Origin: Carcharhinus longimanus
Lineage: Eukaryota
Assembly: GCA_030264375.1 (NCBI GenBank)
Contig: JASCQW010000190.1
Span: 24,335,223-24,399,222, forward strand
Direction of reading: 5' to 3'
DNA length: 64,000 nt
Shown: in pieces, positions 11,530 through 24,500 of the stretch
Layout: each line of letters begins with the position of its first letter
How positions within the stretch are numbered: position 1 is the first letter of the stretch
Program-made: the position numbers and the translations under genes
Notes under the pieces: model-generated
Told to the model about the DNA's origin: nothing
Database searches by the model: none
The model's input: only the letters and a program-made list of their open reading frames with translations

Positions 11530-11890
11530 CTTAAATGCATCGCCAGTAGATGAGTATTTGGCTCAACTGCTCCATCTAGTGGACAAATTCCACTCTCTGG
11601 GTAAAGAAATTTATCTTGATTTCCCTATTGGATTCATTAATGTCTGCCTTATATTTATGATTCTAGTTTTGGTCTCCCCCACTAGTGGAGCTATCTTCTC
11701 TATATCTACCCTGTCAAACTCTTCATAATTTTAAAGACCTCCATTAAGTTACCCCTAAGCTTCGTCTTTTCTAGAGCAAAGAGCCCCAGTGTGATCAGAC
11801 TTTCTTAATAATTATATCCTCTCAGTTCTGGTATCAATTTTGCAAATCATTTTTGCCCCTTCTCCAATACCTCTGTAGCACCTTTGTAAG
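11530..11890 (-). mobile_element. CR1-like LINE 3' fragment
   Basis: ttccactctctgggtaaagaaatt and ctagagcaaagagcccc motifs. Confidence 0.6.
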
Positions 11891-11989
11891 ATGAAGACTG
11901 GAGTAGAGGGCAGTATTCTGAGTGACACAATTACAGAATCACAGGATTTTGGATGCAGAATTCTGCCAACAGACTTGGAAACAATGTTA

Positions 11990-12800
11990 CAGCTCATGGA
12001 TCAAAGAGGCAGCAGTAGCCCAGGTACAAAATTTGCTGAGTGACAGGAAAGAGGGAGCAGTGGTTATTGGTGTATTTTGTGTTGGAGGAAGGTTTGTCGT
12101 GGAGTTCCTCAAGAGTCAGTGATGGGACATCGTGACACAATTTAATGATCTGGACCTTTGTGTACTTAGCAGTTTCAAAACTTGCAGATGACACGAAACT
12201 TGGAAACACTGTGAACTTTTGATTTGATTTTGAATTGATTTGATTTATTATTGTCACATGTATTAGTATGGTGAAAAGAATTGTTTCTTGCATGCTATAC
12301 AGACAAGGCATGATGTTCATACAGAAGGAAAAGAGAGAGTGTAGAATGAAGTGTTATAGTCATAGCAAAGGTGTAGAGAAAGACCAACTTAGTACGAGGT
12401 AGGTCCATTCATAAGTCTGATGGCAGCAGGGAAGAAGCTGTTGGTTGGTATGTGACCTCAAACTTTTGTATCTTTTTCCCAACAGAAGAAGGTGGAAGAG
12501 AGTAAGTCTGGGTGTAATTATGCTGTGAAGAGGGTGGTATAGTACTCCAAAAAGAAGTAGACAGATTGGTAGAATGGGTAGAGGAAGGGCAGATGAAAAT
12601 CAACGCAGAGAAATATGACATGATTAAATTTTTAGGGAGAACTTGAAGAGAAAAAATAACAGGTACAATTCTAAGGTGTATTTGTGCATAAGTCATTGAA
12701 GGTGGCTGGATAGGTTAAGAATGTGATTAATAAAGCATACAGTATCCTTGGCTTTAATAGAGGCATAGCGTAAAAGAGTAAGGAGGTTATGAAATTCCCA
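11990..12800 (+). mobile_element. CR1-like RT fragment with nested Rex1-like 3' end (about 12220-12520, minus strand)
   Basis: SKLADDTKLG motif at about 12175-12205; nested (tttga)n tail. Confidence 0.65.
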
Positions 12801-15149
12801 CTATTTACACTCTGGGAAGCATTTGTGGAAACACAATGTGACACAAAGTTTTCAGCACCAACTCGCTTACTTTTAAACAAGGTAACCCAGAGCTCTGCCT
12901 GTTTTCTGCTGAGCTTTGCAACACCCCAAGCTCTAAACTATTGCTGCAGGTTTTTTTTACTGACAATGCTCCCTGTACTGTTCTAGATCTTTCCAGGTAG
13001 AGCACATGGTGAGCTTCTTTTCAATGTTGTTTTCTCCAGAATCTTTGTTTCAGTTCCTTCAATGGCTATTACCTCCATCACCAGCTTTGGTGAAGGAATG
13101 TTTTTATCTTCTTAATCCTTTTCAGATGTCTGCAGTGGGATTAACGATTTTTCTATTCTTTTTATTTCTCTAGGAGGTTCCAACCTCCTCATTGTTGGTT
13201 GTCTTTGTGATATTTTTAGAGGATAGGCTTGCAGACCACAAAGGTACAAACAAACAAGAACTTCATTGGAAAGATGTTTACTCTACAGGCTGTTAGGATA
13301 GATTGCCCATTTGCCTGCACAAATGGCTAATGACATCATCAATTCATCACATGATCAGACTCAAAGTGACCTTCTTCCAACTGGGAATAAACATAAATAC
13401 ACAACAACAATAAACACAAATAATTATACCTGAGACTAAACTTCTTAATTCAATTTTCATTCTACAGCCATGCTGTAACCCTATCCCTAGTAAATCAAGC
13501 CAGATACTTGGAAGATTATCCTACTTGGTCTGAGTATTGTTTTAAAGGTTAGTACAAGGGTTGAAATTTCTTGAACGCTGTCTACTACCAGAAAGATTGT
13601 CCCTTCAAATCCTGTTTAATCATCCTGTGGTTGTAAACTCCTAATTCAACACAAGCATTGCTACCATCTTAAGTGTAGCCAAAGCAGGTTAGAACTCTCC
13701 TGCTCCTAGTATTCTTCAACACTGGATTCCTGAATCAAAACCTCTCTCCATATGGAGTGCGTATCAACCATAATTAAGAACATGGAACCCAAAAAAAGCC
13801 CAGCGAGGTCTACATGCACTCACATATAGAGCTGCCCAGGCCCTCCCATACATATAGAGAGGCTGGGGGGGTCAGTTTCTGATTCTCTTGGCACATGTCA
13901 TAGTATGACCAAGTCAGAAATGTCTGCAGCAAGACTAGGCCACCACATTTGGCTCCTGACTAGCATTTTCAACTACAAAATCCCAAGGTGGCCATGGTGT
14001 AATGCCATAAGTTTTGGACATCACCATGAGCGAGGGACAACTCAGGAATTCCAGAAAATGATACCATCCTCAACACTGAGCTTGCCTTTCTTCATTCAGT
14101 AGTGTTTCATTTCACCTGAGGTTTGTCCTCTAAATCCCCCATGTAATATGTTTTCATTTAGATCAGATTGGGTCCTTTTGCATCCAGACCTTTTGCCCTG
14201 CAGACACCAACAAGGTGTCCAAAACTTTGAGGATCATCACGATCCCTTCCACAGCTGGTAATGAAGAAAGGCTCACAGGCAATGTCAGACGACTCAATGC
14301 ATCAGCGTTAGCCATCCGGGTCCCTGGGTGATGCTCTAGGGGGTATTTATAGGCAGCCAATAAGAAGGCCCAATGCTGTATCTGGGTGGGAGTAATAGGG
14401 GTATTAACTTGTCTTCTTTAAAAAGTCTCAGCAATGGATTATGATCAATTACTACGATGGAGCATTTAGGGTAGATGTATTGATAGAATCTTTTGATGTC
14501 AAACACAACTGCCAACCCCTCTTTTGATCTGGGAATGCCTCAGCTCAGAATCCAAGAGGGTCCTAGATGCGTACGCAATAGACTTGTCTGTTCCATCTCT
14601 CCAGCAATGTGCCATTACTGCGCCAACCCTGTAAGGGGAGGTATTCCATATAGGTTAAGGTCCTTTTTGGGGTCAAAATAGGCCGGTAAATTAGAGGACA
14701 AAAGTTGCTGTTTAACACTGCTGTAGCACCTCCTAAGACCACCTTTGATGTTTCCATAGTAGGGTATACAAGGGGACTACTACAGAATATAAATTAGGAA
14801 TAAACTTTCCATTATAATTCATTAACCCAGGAAGGATTTTAGATACATGGGGTTCCTTAGAGTTGGCACCTGCTTGTTGGCCTTCACTTTGTCTTCCACC
14901 CAATAGCCCAAATAGATCATTGCACTTGCTTGGAAGACACATTTTTCCCTGACCTCCAAAAAATAGCCATAAGACCTCTTCCGTGTTTGCTAGGTGTGTG
15001 TGTTCCAAAGTCTTGTGACTACAAAATCATCCAGGTACACTACTAGAGATAATCATGTTCTCCAGGACCTGTTAAAAAATGTTGCATGCAGATGAGACAC
15101 CAAAGGGCAAGCGAATGCATTCTTTTAGGTCTTTGTGCAAATTAATTAT

Positions 15150-16245
15150 CACATATTAATAGAGAAGTGGTACTGGGAAAGTTGATGGAATTGAAGGCGG
15201 AAAAATCCCCAGGACCTGATCATCTACATCCCAGAGTACTTAAGGAAGTGGCTCTAGAAATAGTAGGTGCATTGGTGGTCACCATCCAGGATTCTATAGA
15301 TTCTGGAACAGTCCCTGCAGATTTGAGGGTAGTAAATGTCACTCCAATATTCAAAAAGGGAGGTAGAGAGAAAACAGGGAATTATAGACCAGTAGGCTTA
15401 ACATTGGTGTTGGGGAAAATTCTTGAATCTATTATCAAGGACTTTATAGCAGAGCATTTAGAAAGCAGTGGCAGGATCAGACAGAGTCAACATGGATTTA
15501 TGAAGAGGAAACCATGCTTAACAAATCTGTTGGAATTCTTTGAAGATGTAACTAGTAGAGTTGACAAGGGGGGGATCAGTGGATGTGGTATATTTGGACT
15601 TTCAGAAAGCCTTTGACAAAGTCCTGCACAAGAGATTATCGTACAAGGTTAAAGAGCATAGGATTGGTGAAAGTATATTGAGATGGATAGAAAACTGGTT
15701 GGCAGAGAGGAAACAAAGAGTAGGAATTAATGGGTGCTTTTCAAATTGACAGGCAGTAACTGGGATCAGAGCTGGGACCCCAGCTATTCACAATTTATAT
15801 TAATGATTTGATGAGGGAACAAAACGTAACATCTCAAAAGTTTGCAGATGATACCAAATTGGGTGGGAGGGTGAACTGTGACGCGAATGCAGAGATCCTT
15901 CAGAATGATCTGGATGGGTTGGGTGAATGGGCAAACCAATGGCAGGTGCAGTATAAGTTGGATAAATGTGAGGTTATTTGCTTTGGAAGATAAAAACAAG
16001 AAGGCAGATTACTACCTGAATAGCTGTAAATTGGAAGAGGGGAGTGTGCAGTGGAATCTGGGTGTCCTTGTGCACCAGTCACAGAAGGTAAGCATGTAGG
16101 TGCAGCAGGCGGTAAAGAAGGCAAATGGTATGTTGGCCTTCATTGTGAGGGGTTTCTCTTGGTCAAATGACAAGACTGGCAGCTGAATATGCCAGGGTAT
16201 AAGTGTTTTAGGCGAGGCAGAGGAGGGGCTAGAAGAGGCAGGGAA
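15150..16245 (+). mobile_element. CR1/HER1-like LINE ORF2 (RT) fragment
   Basis: KSPGPD, NYRPV, SQHGF, LDFQKAFDKV and [10 protein letters not shown] in ORFs 15167..15616, 15561..15749 and 15808..15993. Confidence 0.9.
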
Positions 16246-17086
16246 GNNNNNNNNNNNNNNNNNNNNNNNNNNNNNNNNNNNNNNNNNNNNNNNNNNNNNN
16301 NNNNNNNNNNNNNNNNNNNNNNNNNNNNNNNNNNNNNNNNNNNNNNNNNNNNNNNNNNNNNNNNNNNNNNNNNNNNNNNNNNNNNNNNNNNNNNNNNNNN
16401 NNNNNNNNNNNNNNNNNNNNNNNNNNNNNNNNNNNNNNNNNNNNNNNNNNNNNNNNNNNNNNNNNNNNNNNNNNNNNNNNNNNNNNNNNNNNNNNNNNNN
16501 NNNNNNNNNNNNNNNNNNNNNNNNNNNNNNNNNNNNNNNNNNNNNNNNNNNNNNNNNNNNNNNNNNNNNNNNNNNNNNNNNNNNNNNNNNNNNNNNNNNN
16601 NNNNNNNNNNNNNNNNNNNNNNNNNNNNNNNNNNNNNNNNNNNNNNNNNNNNNNNNNNNNNNNNNNNNNNNNNNNNNNNNNNNNNNNNNNNNNNNNNNNN
16701 NNNNNNNNNNNNNNNNNNNNNNNNNNNNNNNNNNNNNNNNNNNNNNNNNNNNNNNNNNNNNNNNNNNNNNNNNNNNNNNNNNNNNNNNNNNNNNNNNNNN
16801 NNNNNNNNNNNNNNNNNNNNNNNNNNNNNNNNNNNNNNNNNNNNNNNNNNNNNNNNNNNNNNNNNNNNNNNNNNNNNNNNNNNNNNNNNNNNNNNNNNNN
16901 NNNNNNNNNNNNNNNNNNNNNNNNNNNNNNNNNNNNNNNNNNNNNNNNNNNNNNNNNNNNNNNNNNNNNNNNNNNNNNNNNNNNNNNNNNNNNNNNNNNN
17001 NNNNNNNNNNNNNNNNNNNNNNNNNNNNNNNNNNNNNNNNNNNNNNNNNNNNNNNNNNNNNNNNNNNNNNNNNNNNNNNNNNNNNN

Positions 17087-18135
17087 TTGACCACACAGTC
17101 ATAGGTGTATAAGGAGTATAGTAGGGGACTGAGAACACAGTCTTGTGTGGCACTGGTGTTGAGGATGATCGTGGAGGGGGTGCTGTTGCCTGTCTTTACT
17201 GATTGTGGTCTGTGAGTTAGGAAGTTCAGGATCCAGTCGCAGAGGGAGATGCCGAGGCCCAGGCTACAGAATTTGGAGATGAGTTTCATTGGAATAATGG
17301 TGTTGAAGGTTGAGCTGTAATCAATAAATAGGAGTCTGATATAGATGTCCTTGTTATCTAGGTGTTCCAGGGTTGAGTGCAGGGCCGGCAAGATGGTGTC
17401 TGCTGTGGACCTGTTGTGGCAGTAGACAAACTGTAATGGATGCAGGTAGTCCAGAAGGCTGGAATTCATTTGTTTCATGACTAGCCTTTCAAAGAACTTC
17501 ATAATGATGAATGTCAGAGCCACCAGCCGATAGTCATTAAGGTACACTGCTTGGTTTTTCTTAGAAACTGGGATGATGGTTGTCTTCTTGAAGCTGATAG
17601 GGACTTCAGATTGTTATAGAGGTTGAAGATGTTTGTGAATATTCATGCCAGCTGATCCGTGCCCGATCTGAGAGCTCGTCTGGGTACCCCATCCAAATCA
17701 GTTGCTTTCCGTGGGTTGACTTTTGAGGAAGTTGTTCTGACATGATCTCTTGCTCATAACAGGCATTGAACTCATTCAGGAGGAGTGTGTTAGAGCCAGC
17801 AATTTTACGATTTCATCTTGTAGTCTATTATGTCTTGCAGTTTTGCCATAGTTGGCAGGGGTCAGTGTGGCTAGCCTGGGACTAGTTTGGTCTGGTACTG
17901 TCTTTTGGCATCTTTAATGGATCTGCTTATCTGGCTTTTTTGTATAGGTCAGTGTTGCCTGACTTGAATGCCTCAGGCCTGGACTTCAGCAAGCAGTGGA
18001 TACCCTTGTTCATCCACGGTTTCTGGTTGGGGAAACATAGGGATTTGCCTTTTTGCGACACAGTCTTGTACACATTTACTAATGAAGTTAGTTACTGCAG
18101 TGGCATACTCGTTCAGGCCAATCTCACCCCATGAG
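17087..18135 (-). mobile_element. Rex1/Babar-like non-LTR retrotransposon RT fragment
   Basis: [18 protein letters not shown]...LQF.Y..NRST.D...[17 protein letters not shown]...[14 protein letters not shown]. Confidence 0.8.
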
Positions 18136-21100
18136 ACAAGGTCCTTGTGCCCCAATAGTAATAAGTGGAAGTCAAGCTAATTGCTGCCTGAAAGTCACTA
18201 GGGTTGTTGTGGTGCATTTTATCTGGAATGGTTCCCTTGTATAGGTGGCCAGCTGGCCTTTGTACTTTGAGTTCAAGAGCTATCAGTCCGGACGCAATTA
18301 TAAGTCTGCTCCCCGCTAACAGAAACTGCAGTTCCCATATTCACTTCCATTTTTAATAGGGGCCATTTACTAACAGGTCCACCATTATGGCGGCAATGGT
18401 TGTTGTGGAGATGCAACTTAATTGCATTGTCCTAGTTCTCGGTTGTGTGCCTAACCACCAACTATAGTCTAGTATTGGCCTTCTTTTAAGATAGGATGCA
18501 TTTTGACTGTCCCTTTATCTTTGCCTGAGTTGTGGTCTTCTATTTGACATCCCCCATGATTCCTGAAATCCTTCATCTGCATTCTCCAGTTATCGAGCTC
18601 TCCCAATGGCATTCTGTATAGCCAAATTAGGTTCTGTCAATTAGATCATAGCTGTTCTGCACCTTAACACTATCCAGTCACCTTGATTCTATAACTGTTA
18701 ATACCTTTGCTCAACACAAATCAATTAACATGCTTTGAAGTTTTTAATTGACCTAGCTTCAACAGCTTTTTTCTTTGGAGGATGAGAGGTGGTAACAGTA
18801 GCAGATTTCCACCTGTGATATGCTTCCTGATATCCATGAATGGCCAAGTTCTAACTTTTTTCTTTTGCTGCAACTTCCTGCTGTCATCCATGTTATTTAA
18901 ATTAGTGACATCTGTAAACATGGATTATGGCTCTATTCCTTTGTTTAACCCATTCGTAAATGCTGTCGTTTCACAACATGGTTGGTTAATTTAGTTGCAC
19001 TATGATAGAGTCAAAGCTAATAGTAGTAAAGCTTATATTAAAATAAGAAATACACAATACCCCAGAATCTGAAGGATACTACAAGACATGGAACAAAAAG
19101 TTTTAGAACATTAAGGAGCAACTTTTTTCTTTTCTGTATGGCATGCTTTGCAGAAACTAATTCAAGTACTTACGAGTCAGAATCTCCATTTTGGGAAACA
19201 GATGTCTGGCCATCTGTCTTTGTACCATTTCCAGACGGTTTCATTATGAATGCTTGGCTGAATGCCAAGATTTTAAAATGGGTTATCTCAGAAGTAAGGA
19301 TGCTTTGTTAACAGATGGGCGTGGAGTGTTTGCTATGATTGATTAACATCTTTATGAGATTCCTTGTTCTGTTTTAAGTCTATGCGCTTATTTGGACAAG
19401 ATTAAAAGGTGTGAAATGAAGGAAAGATTCTGTTATTGATACCGTGACTGGCTATCCAATTGATACTTATATATGGTTGCAAGAATAGTAGTCTCTTTTC
19501 ATTTCAAAGCAGATTTCTGAATAGATGTTCTTCCCCTCATCATTTCAAAAATTTCCATTGTTATATGGCTCATTGGTTCTGTACATAATGCATACTGGGT
19601 GAGTACGGAAGGGCCTCACAAATTTTAAAACAACTGGGACAAAGTTGCAGAAAACTGAGGCAGTCATGGAACAAGCCCACCTCAGCACTTGCTTATCCTG
19701 GTAGTCAACGCTATCTATTGTATCCTGCCCTCGCCTTCCAGAGCGAAAATTGCATCTGGTGGGCTCCTATGAATTACCTGTCTTGGTAATGAAAATCAGT
19801 CTCAGATCGGTAACTGGACATCCCTGGTTTCAGACAGCAACTCACCATCATCTTTGTAAAAGCCATTATGTTCGTCTTGCCAGCAATGCTCACATCCCAC
19901 GAATGAATAAAAGCAAAATTACTTACGACCTCTGCTCATCATTAGTCATTGGAGAACAATTTTCTATTCACTTTATGCTCTGGAGCAAGTTGTAGAATTA
20001 GAGCATACAAAAATTATTAGCTATGGATGACACAGTCCTCTAGATTTATGATCCACAATCCAAGCTATCAGCTCCTCAAACCAACCATAAAGCCTTTTGC
20101 TAGGTTGTTCAAGTAAGAATTCCTACAGAATATAAACTTTGGATTGGGCAACAGCAAAAAAAAATGTAATTAATTATGAACCACAGCTCTTAAACTGTAC
20201 TGCATCATTGTACTGTGTTGGCAAACATCAGGCCCAAGCTCTGAAGAACCAATCACTCAGGGGAAGAATAAACATGGAGATACGATATTCTAACCTGTAT
20301 TGCAATCATGAACATACAATGATTGAGCAGACCTAAAAGAATCTTGTATTAATCATTTTGTTATTTGGAACTGAACCCAATAAACTTCTGATTCATTTTC
20401 ATGACAATACAAAATAATTCAAGTGTGTAACAAATAACCAAAGTCCAATGCATAATGTATGTTGCTGAGTCTAACATAATTAGCAAAATTGGCCAAGTTT
20501 TGCAGTAATAGGAAATATTTTCCCTTTTTACTGCAGTAAAACAATTAAACAAATTAAAGGCTTTTCTTACACTCAGCAACACCATCTCATACAAGGATTT
20601 GACCAAATGATTCTCTTTTAGAATGGAAAGCAAGGAATTCAACCTCCATGAACCAAAAACATTTGAAACATAATTTCAGCCCAGGCTAAAATATTTACAT
20701 GGCAGTGAATGAAATGGATACTGCAAAAAAAAAGCAACTCAGGATCCCATGCTGAGCTGATCCAAGACAAGCTTCGTTAGATTTTGATACATTTGGCTGT
20801 AAAAGAGAGCACAATAATCAACGGACCATATTATGCACATCACTTGCAACAGACAACATACAACACAAGCCTATTGATACACAAATGACTGGAGATTTAC
20901 ACAACCTGAAAGTACATTCAGCATTTAGTGCTTTATCCCAGTTCCAATTTACACTTATCGTCATTATGGAAGGCACATATCTTTAGAAAAATGAACTTCT
21001 AACAGAAAATTGAACTCTCTCAGAGCTCAGCTTTTATGTTGACTAGTTTAGCCAGACAGTCTGTAACGTCCAAATGACCATTTGCTGTTGTGCAAAAAAG

Positions 21101-21147
21101 ACAGGATACAGTATTTCTTCATTTCTATATTCACTATGAATAATTGG

Positions 21148-21553
21148 CTAAGATGTCGACTCCTTGGTCTCCTCAGTCCCATTTTCATTCCCAGGATCCT
21201 GTGATTGAAAAGGGACGTTTTGGGCCAACATTTTCTTGGTTGCTGTTACAAGCTTGGAATAGTTTTCTGGATTATAACGTCTGCGATGTTTTGAATGCAG
21301 CAGAGGGGCTCTATCCTTGTTTTGTGATAAAAACATTGGAGGACGTTTCAGTTTTTCACCATCTTTCAAAGATTCTGGGAGTGACTTCCTTTTGCTTTCT
21401 GGAAGCAACATGATGCACAGTACTGAGAGGACAGCAAAAGAGGCAAACACAACATGAAGAAGAAAAAAGCCACGTTTATTGTGGAGTTTCATTATTGGCG
21501 ACGTTGCTTTTCCAATACAGCCTGTTGCCAGAATAAGGCCTAAGCCTGCACCT
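21148..21553 (-). CDS. SLC22A31: SLC22A31-like terminal coding exon 9
   Basis: AG|[66 protein letters not shown]...ETKESTS*; matches ORF 21148..21615. Confidence 0.95.
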
Positions 21554-24500
21554 CTGCAAAAACATTTTACAAAGATAAAAATTAGGAATTCATGAATATA
21601 GATAAAAACAGACATTATAACTGTTTCTGGAACACCTAATCATAATTCATAAAGGGACAGAATGTGTGTCAGAATAACAAAGCAAATGGTGCTCACTGTT
21701 ACTCATGGGCAAATGCTACTGCAGTTTCAGGTGAGAAGCAGGTAATCAGCTAAATGTGAATATTCAGAAGTTGTTACCCGAGTTTTACTGTTCCACCGTC
21801 AGCTTCAAGAGCATTTCAATCTTGGGCTCCTGATTTTGTTTGAAATACAATGGAACTTTTTTTTTGCTCAGTAAAGTCACCTTAGAACATTGAAGTATAA
21901 GCATAACAACATGATAGATTCTGACAAACAAAATCAATAATAAATCAACCAACCTCGCTGGCATTAAGAGTTAACTATTGCAAAAGAAAAGTTTCATTCC
22001 TTTAGGGCTGGATCCCATTTAGGTAGACTTGATCTTTTCTACGTATTGGTGTTCATGACTGAGGCCAATATAATGAGTGAATATGGCGGCAGATGGGGAC
22101 GGGGTGCGAGTGAAGAGAGTTAGAAAGGAAAGCTAACACAAAGATGAGCTGAGTTTCAGGTGTGCTGTGGATGAACACAAAAACTGTGCTACTCCTAACT
22201 TGTTTTGGTGATCTGAAGTCATCCAATATGATTTTATATAATACTTCTGTTATATTGATTGATTGATTCATTCATTCATTCAACTTATTCATTTAAATTC
22301 CTGCTTGGGTCGCAGTGTCTGGTACAGTATTTCAATTTGTGCCTCAGTTTTTCTGGGCAAGAAATGTGTGAAGGAATCTAACTGTGGCTTTCACATCAAT
22401 TTCCTTGAGAACCCATAATTCACTTTAAAATCTTGATTTTCAGAAACACAACCACAGCTTTAAATGAGGACTTACTGGATAAGTCAAAAATATACTATCC
22501 TTTTCCAAACAAAATCAGTTGATATTAGATATAACACTTGTTCCAAACATACAATGGCAGCACAATCTTTCACACACACAAAAAACAAAAATTGTTCTAC
22601 TGCTCATATTCCCAGATGGGAAGAGGATTCCACCACAGTAATAAACCAGAGATCAAAATATTCAAACCAAGTAGCTTAGAAATATAAAAGGTCTAAATGC
22701 ACGTTATGTGGGCTTCTGTCTATTATCATGACAAGTTACTGGTTAGAGATGTTATGGATTATGCTGACCATGCCAAATGAAAGACCAGCACTTTCCAATA
22801 CAGGTAAAAACAGGGAAGAAAGGACCTTGCAGCCTATCATTTCAAACTGGCCTCTGACCTTCCACTCTTATGCGACTTTAATAGCAGACTGCATGTATCA
22901 ACCTGAGTTTCTGCTTCAACATTGACCGCTGTGAAATTTTGCCAGTAGAGGGGGGTTCTTTTTCGGGGGAGGTGGAGTTTAGAGAAAAAAGTCATAGGCA
23001 AGTGCAAAAGCACACATCATTAAAAACGTAGTAATGCACTACCTGCAGAGAGTGTTGAAAATAACGTGCAGCTTTCAAAGGTGAATTAATTTTGAAATAA
23101 CTTATTAAAAGATATTTTAATTCTAGCTTTTCATTGTTACTTCTAGACATTTGTAGTTTTGGAATGTATTACTACATTGCATATTTGCCATTTTAATTCA
23201 GATTCAAGGTCTCAAATTTTAGTGACAAGTCTGTAAAAAGTCCGCAAAAAATTGACATGTAAAAAAAAATCATAAAACCTATTGCTGTACTTACCTAACT
23301 ACAGTTGGAATAACCTCGCTGGCAAAAAATATGCTCAGTGTAACAACAGCATAGGCTGAGAACAGACCCAAGATGGAGAGAGCCAGGCGAAAGCCTTGAT
23401 GCAGGTCTGCAGGAAAAAAAAACAGTTGGTGGTGTAATAGAGAAAAGCATAAATTGATTACCAAATAGGTATTTTGGGGGAACTACCCGAGAAGGTGATG
23501 GAGCAGCACGTGTCTCCAACACAGTTGATACGCGTGGACCTTACATTCCAGGGGGATGATGACAACTTGGGGACAGTGTAGAGATCCTCACACAAAACTT
23601 CTGTGAATGTCTGACTCCTGTATGGCTCATGGCAGGTTGCTTGCTCTCAATGACCATCATATTATGGTGATGCAGCAGGGAAAGTTAAACCTCTCTTGAT
23701 CCCACAGCATCCTTCATGAGCAGAACCACTGAGGTGGGCAGAGGCTGCTGGGATGAGGGCCAGTCACACCTGTCTGCACACCATTGTGTGCTAAAAGCAC
23801 ACAATGGAGAATGACTGTGGTAGATACTCTTATTCCCATCAAAATATGGGCCTAACTGATGAGTTTAGTCACCGTGAAGGAAATCCATCAATGGTAAGCT
23901 TCCACAAAGTAAAAGGGAGAAAGCCCCATACGGCACTGAGCACCCGGCCTTCATCTCATTCAGGAACCAGATTTTCACTTCAGACTGACAGGAACATAGC
24001 TCATGATAACAAGGAGCCACAGAAAGGCTGAAATTAGTGGGAGTTTATTTACAGAATTGAATATTATGTACAAGTGATCAACACCCTTGTCCATGTTGTG
24101 CAACTACAACTTTTTAACCTTCCCTAACCTGCTCTTATATCTAGGTGCAGCCTACTGGTTGCTACATGTATTCTATGATAACCTTGGTGGACACACTCGG
24201 TAGGGCTAAGACCTGGGGAGGTGCCCTGGCTCTGCTTTCAAGGTTCAGCGGATCTGGAGCTGAAGCGGTCCTTTCCCACTCTGTCTTTGTGTCTCCAAAA
24301 CATCATGGCGAGCCTCCACCAAACCTAGCAATCGCTCCAGGGAGACATCGAAGAACTTTGGTCATAGAATCCCTGTAGTGCAGAATAGGCCATTTGGCCC
24401 TTGGACCGACTCTCTGACAGAGTATCATAAACAGACCTTCTCCCCTACCCTATCCCCATAACCCTATACATTTCCCATGGCTAATGGGATACTAAGGGGC

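Larger units (their letters stand above)
13207..18620 (-). mobile_element. Gypsy/Ty3-like LTR retrotransposon relic with nested CR1 and Rex1-like insertions
   Basis: Protease-like IMVDLLVNG-PIKMEVNMGTAVSVSGEQT (about 18300-18395), RT-like LMNYNGKFIPNL (ORF 14733..15008), RNase H end AAYKY..MANADALSRL (ORF 14163..14360); LTR-like TG...CA segment at about 13207-13405. Confidence 0.7.

Noticed and set aside
16012-17547. 511-aa ORF and other long ORFs containing X runs
   Set aside because: Artefacts of translating through N gaps; they join unrelated CR1 and Rex1-like fragments.
18700-21147. Polyadenylation site of the SLC22A31-like gene
   Set aside because: Probably includes the 3' UTR, but I could not identify a convincing canonical signal, so no end is called.
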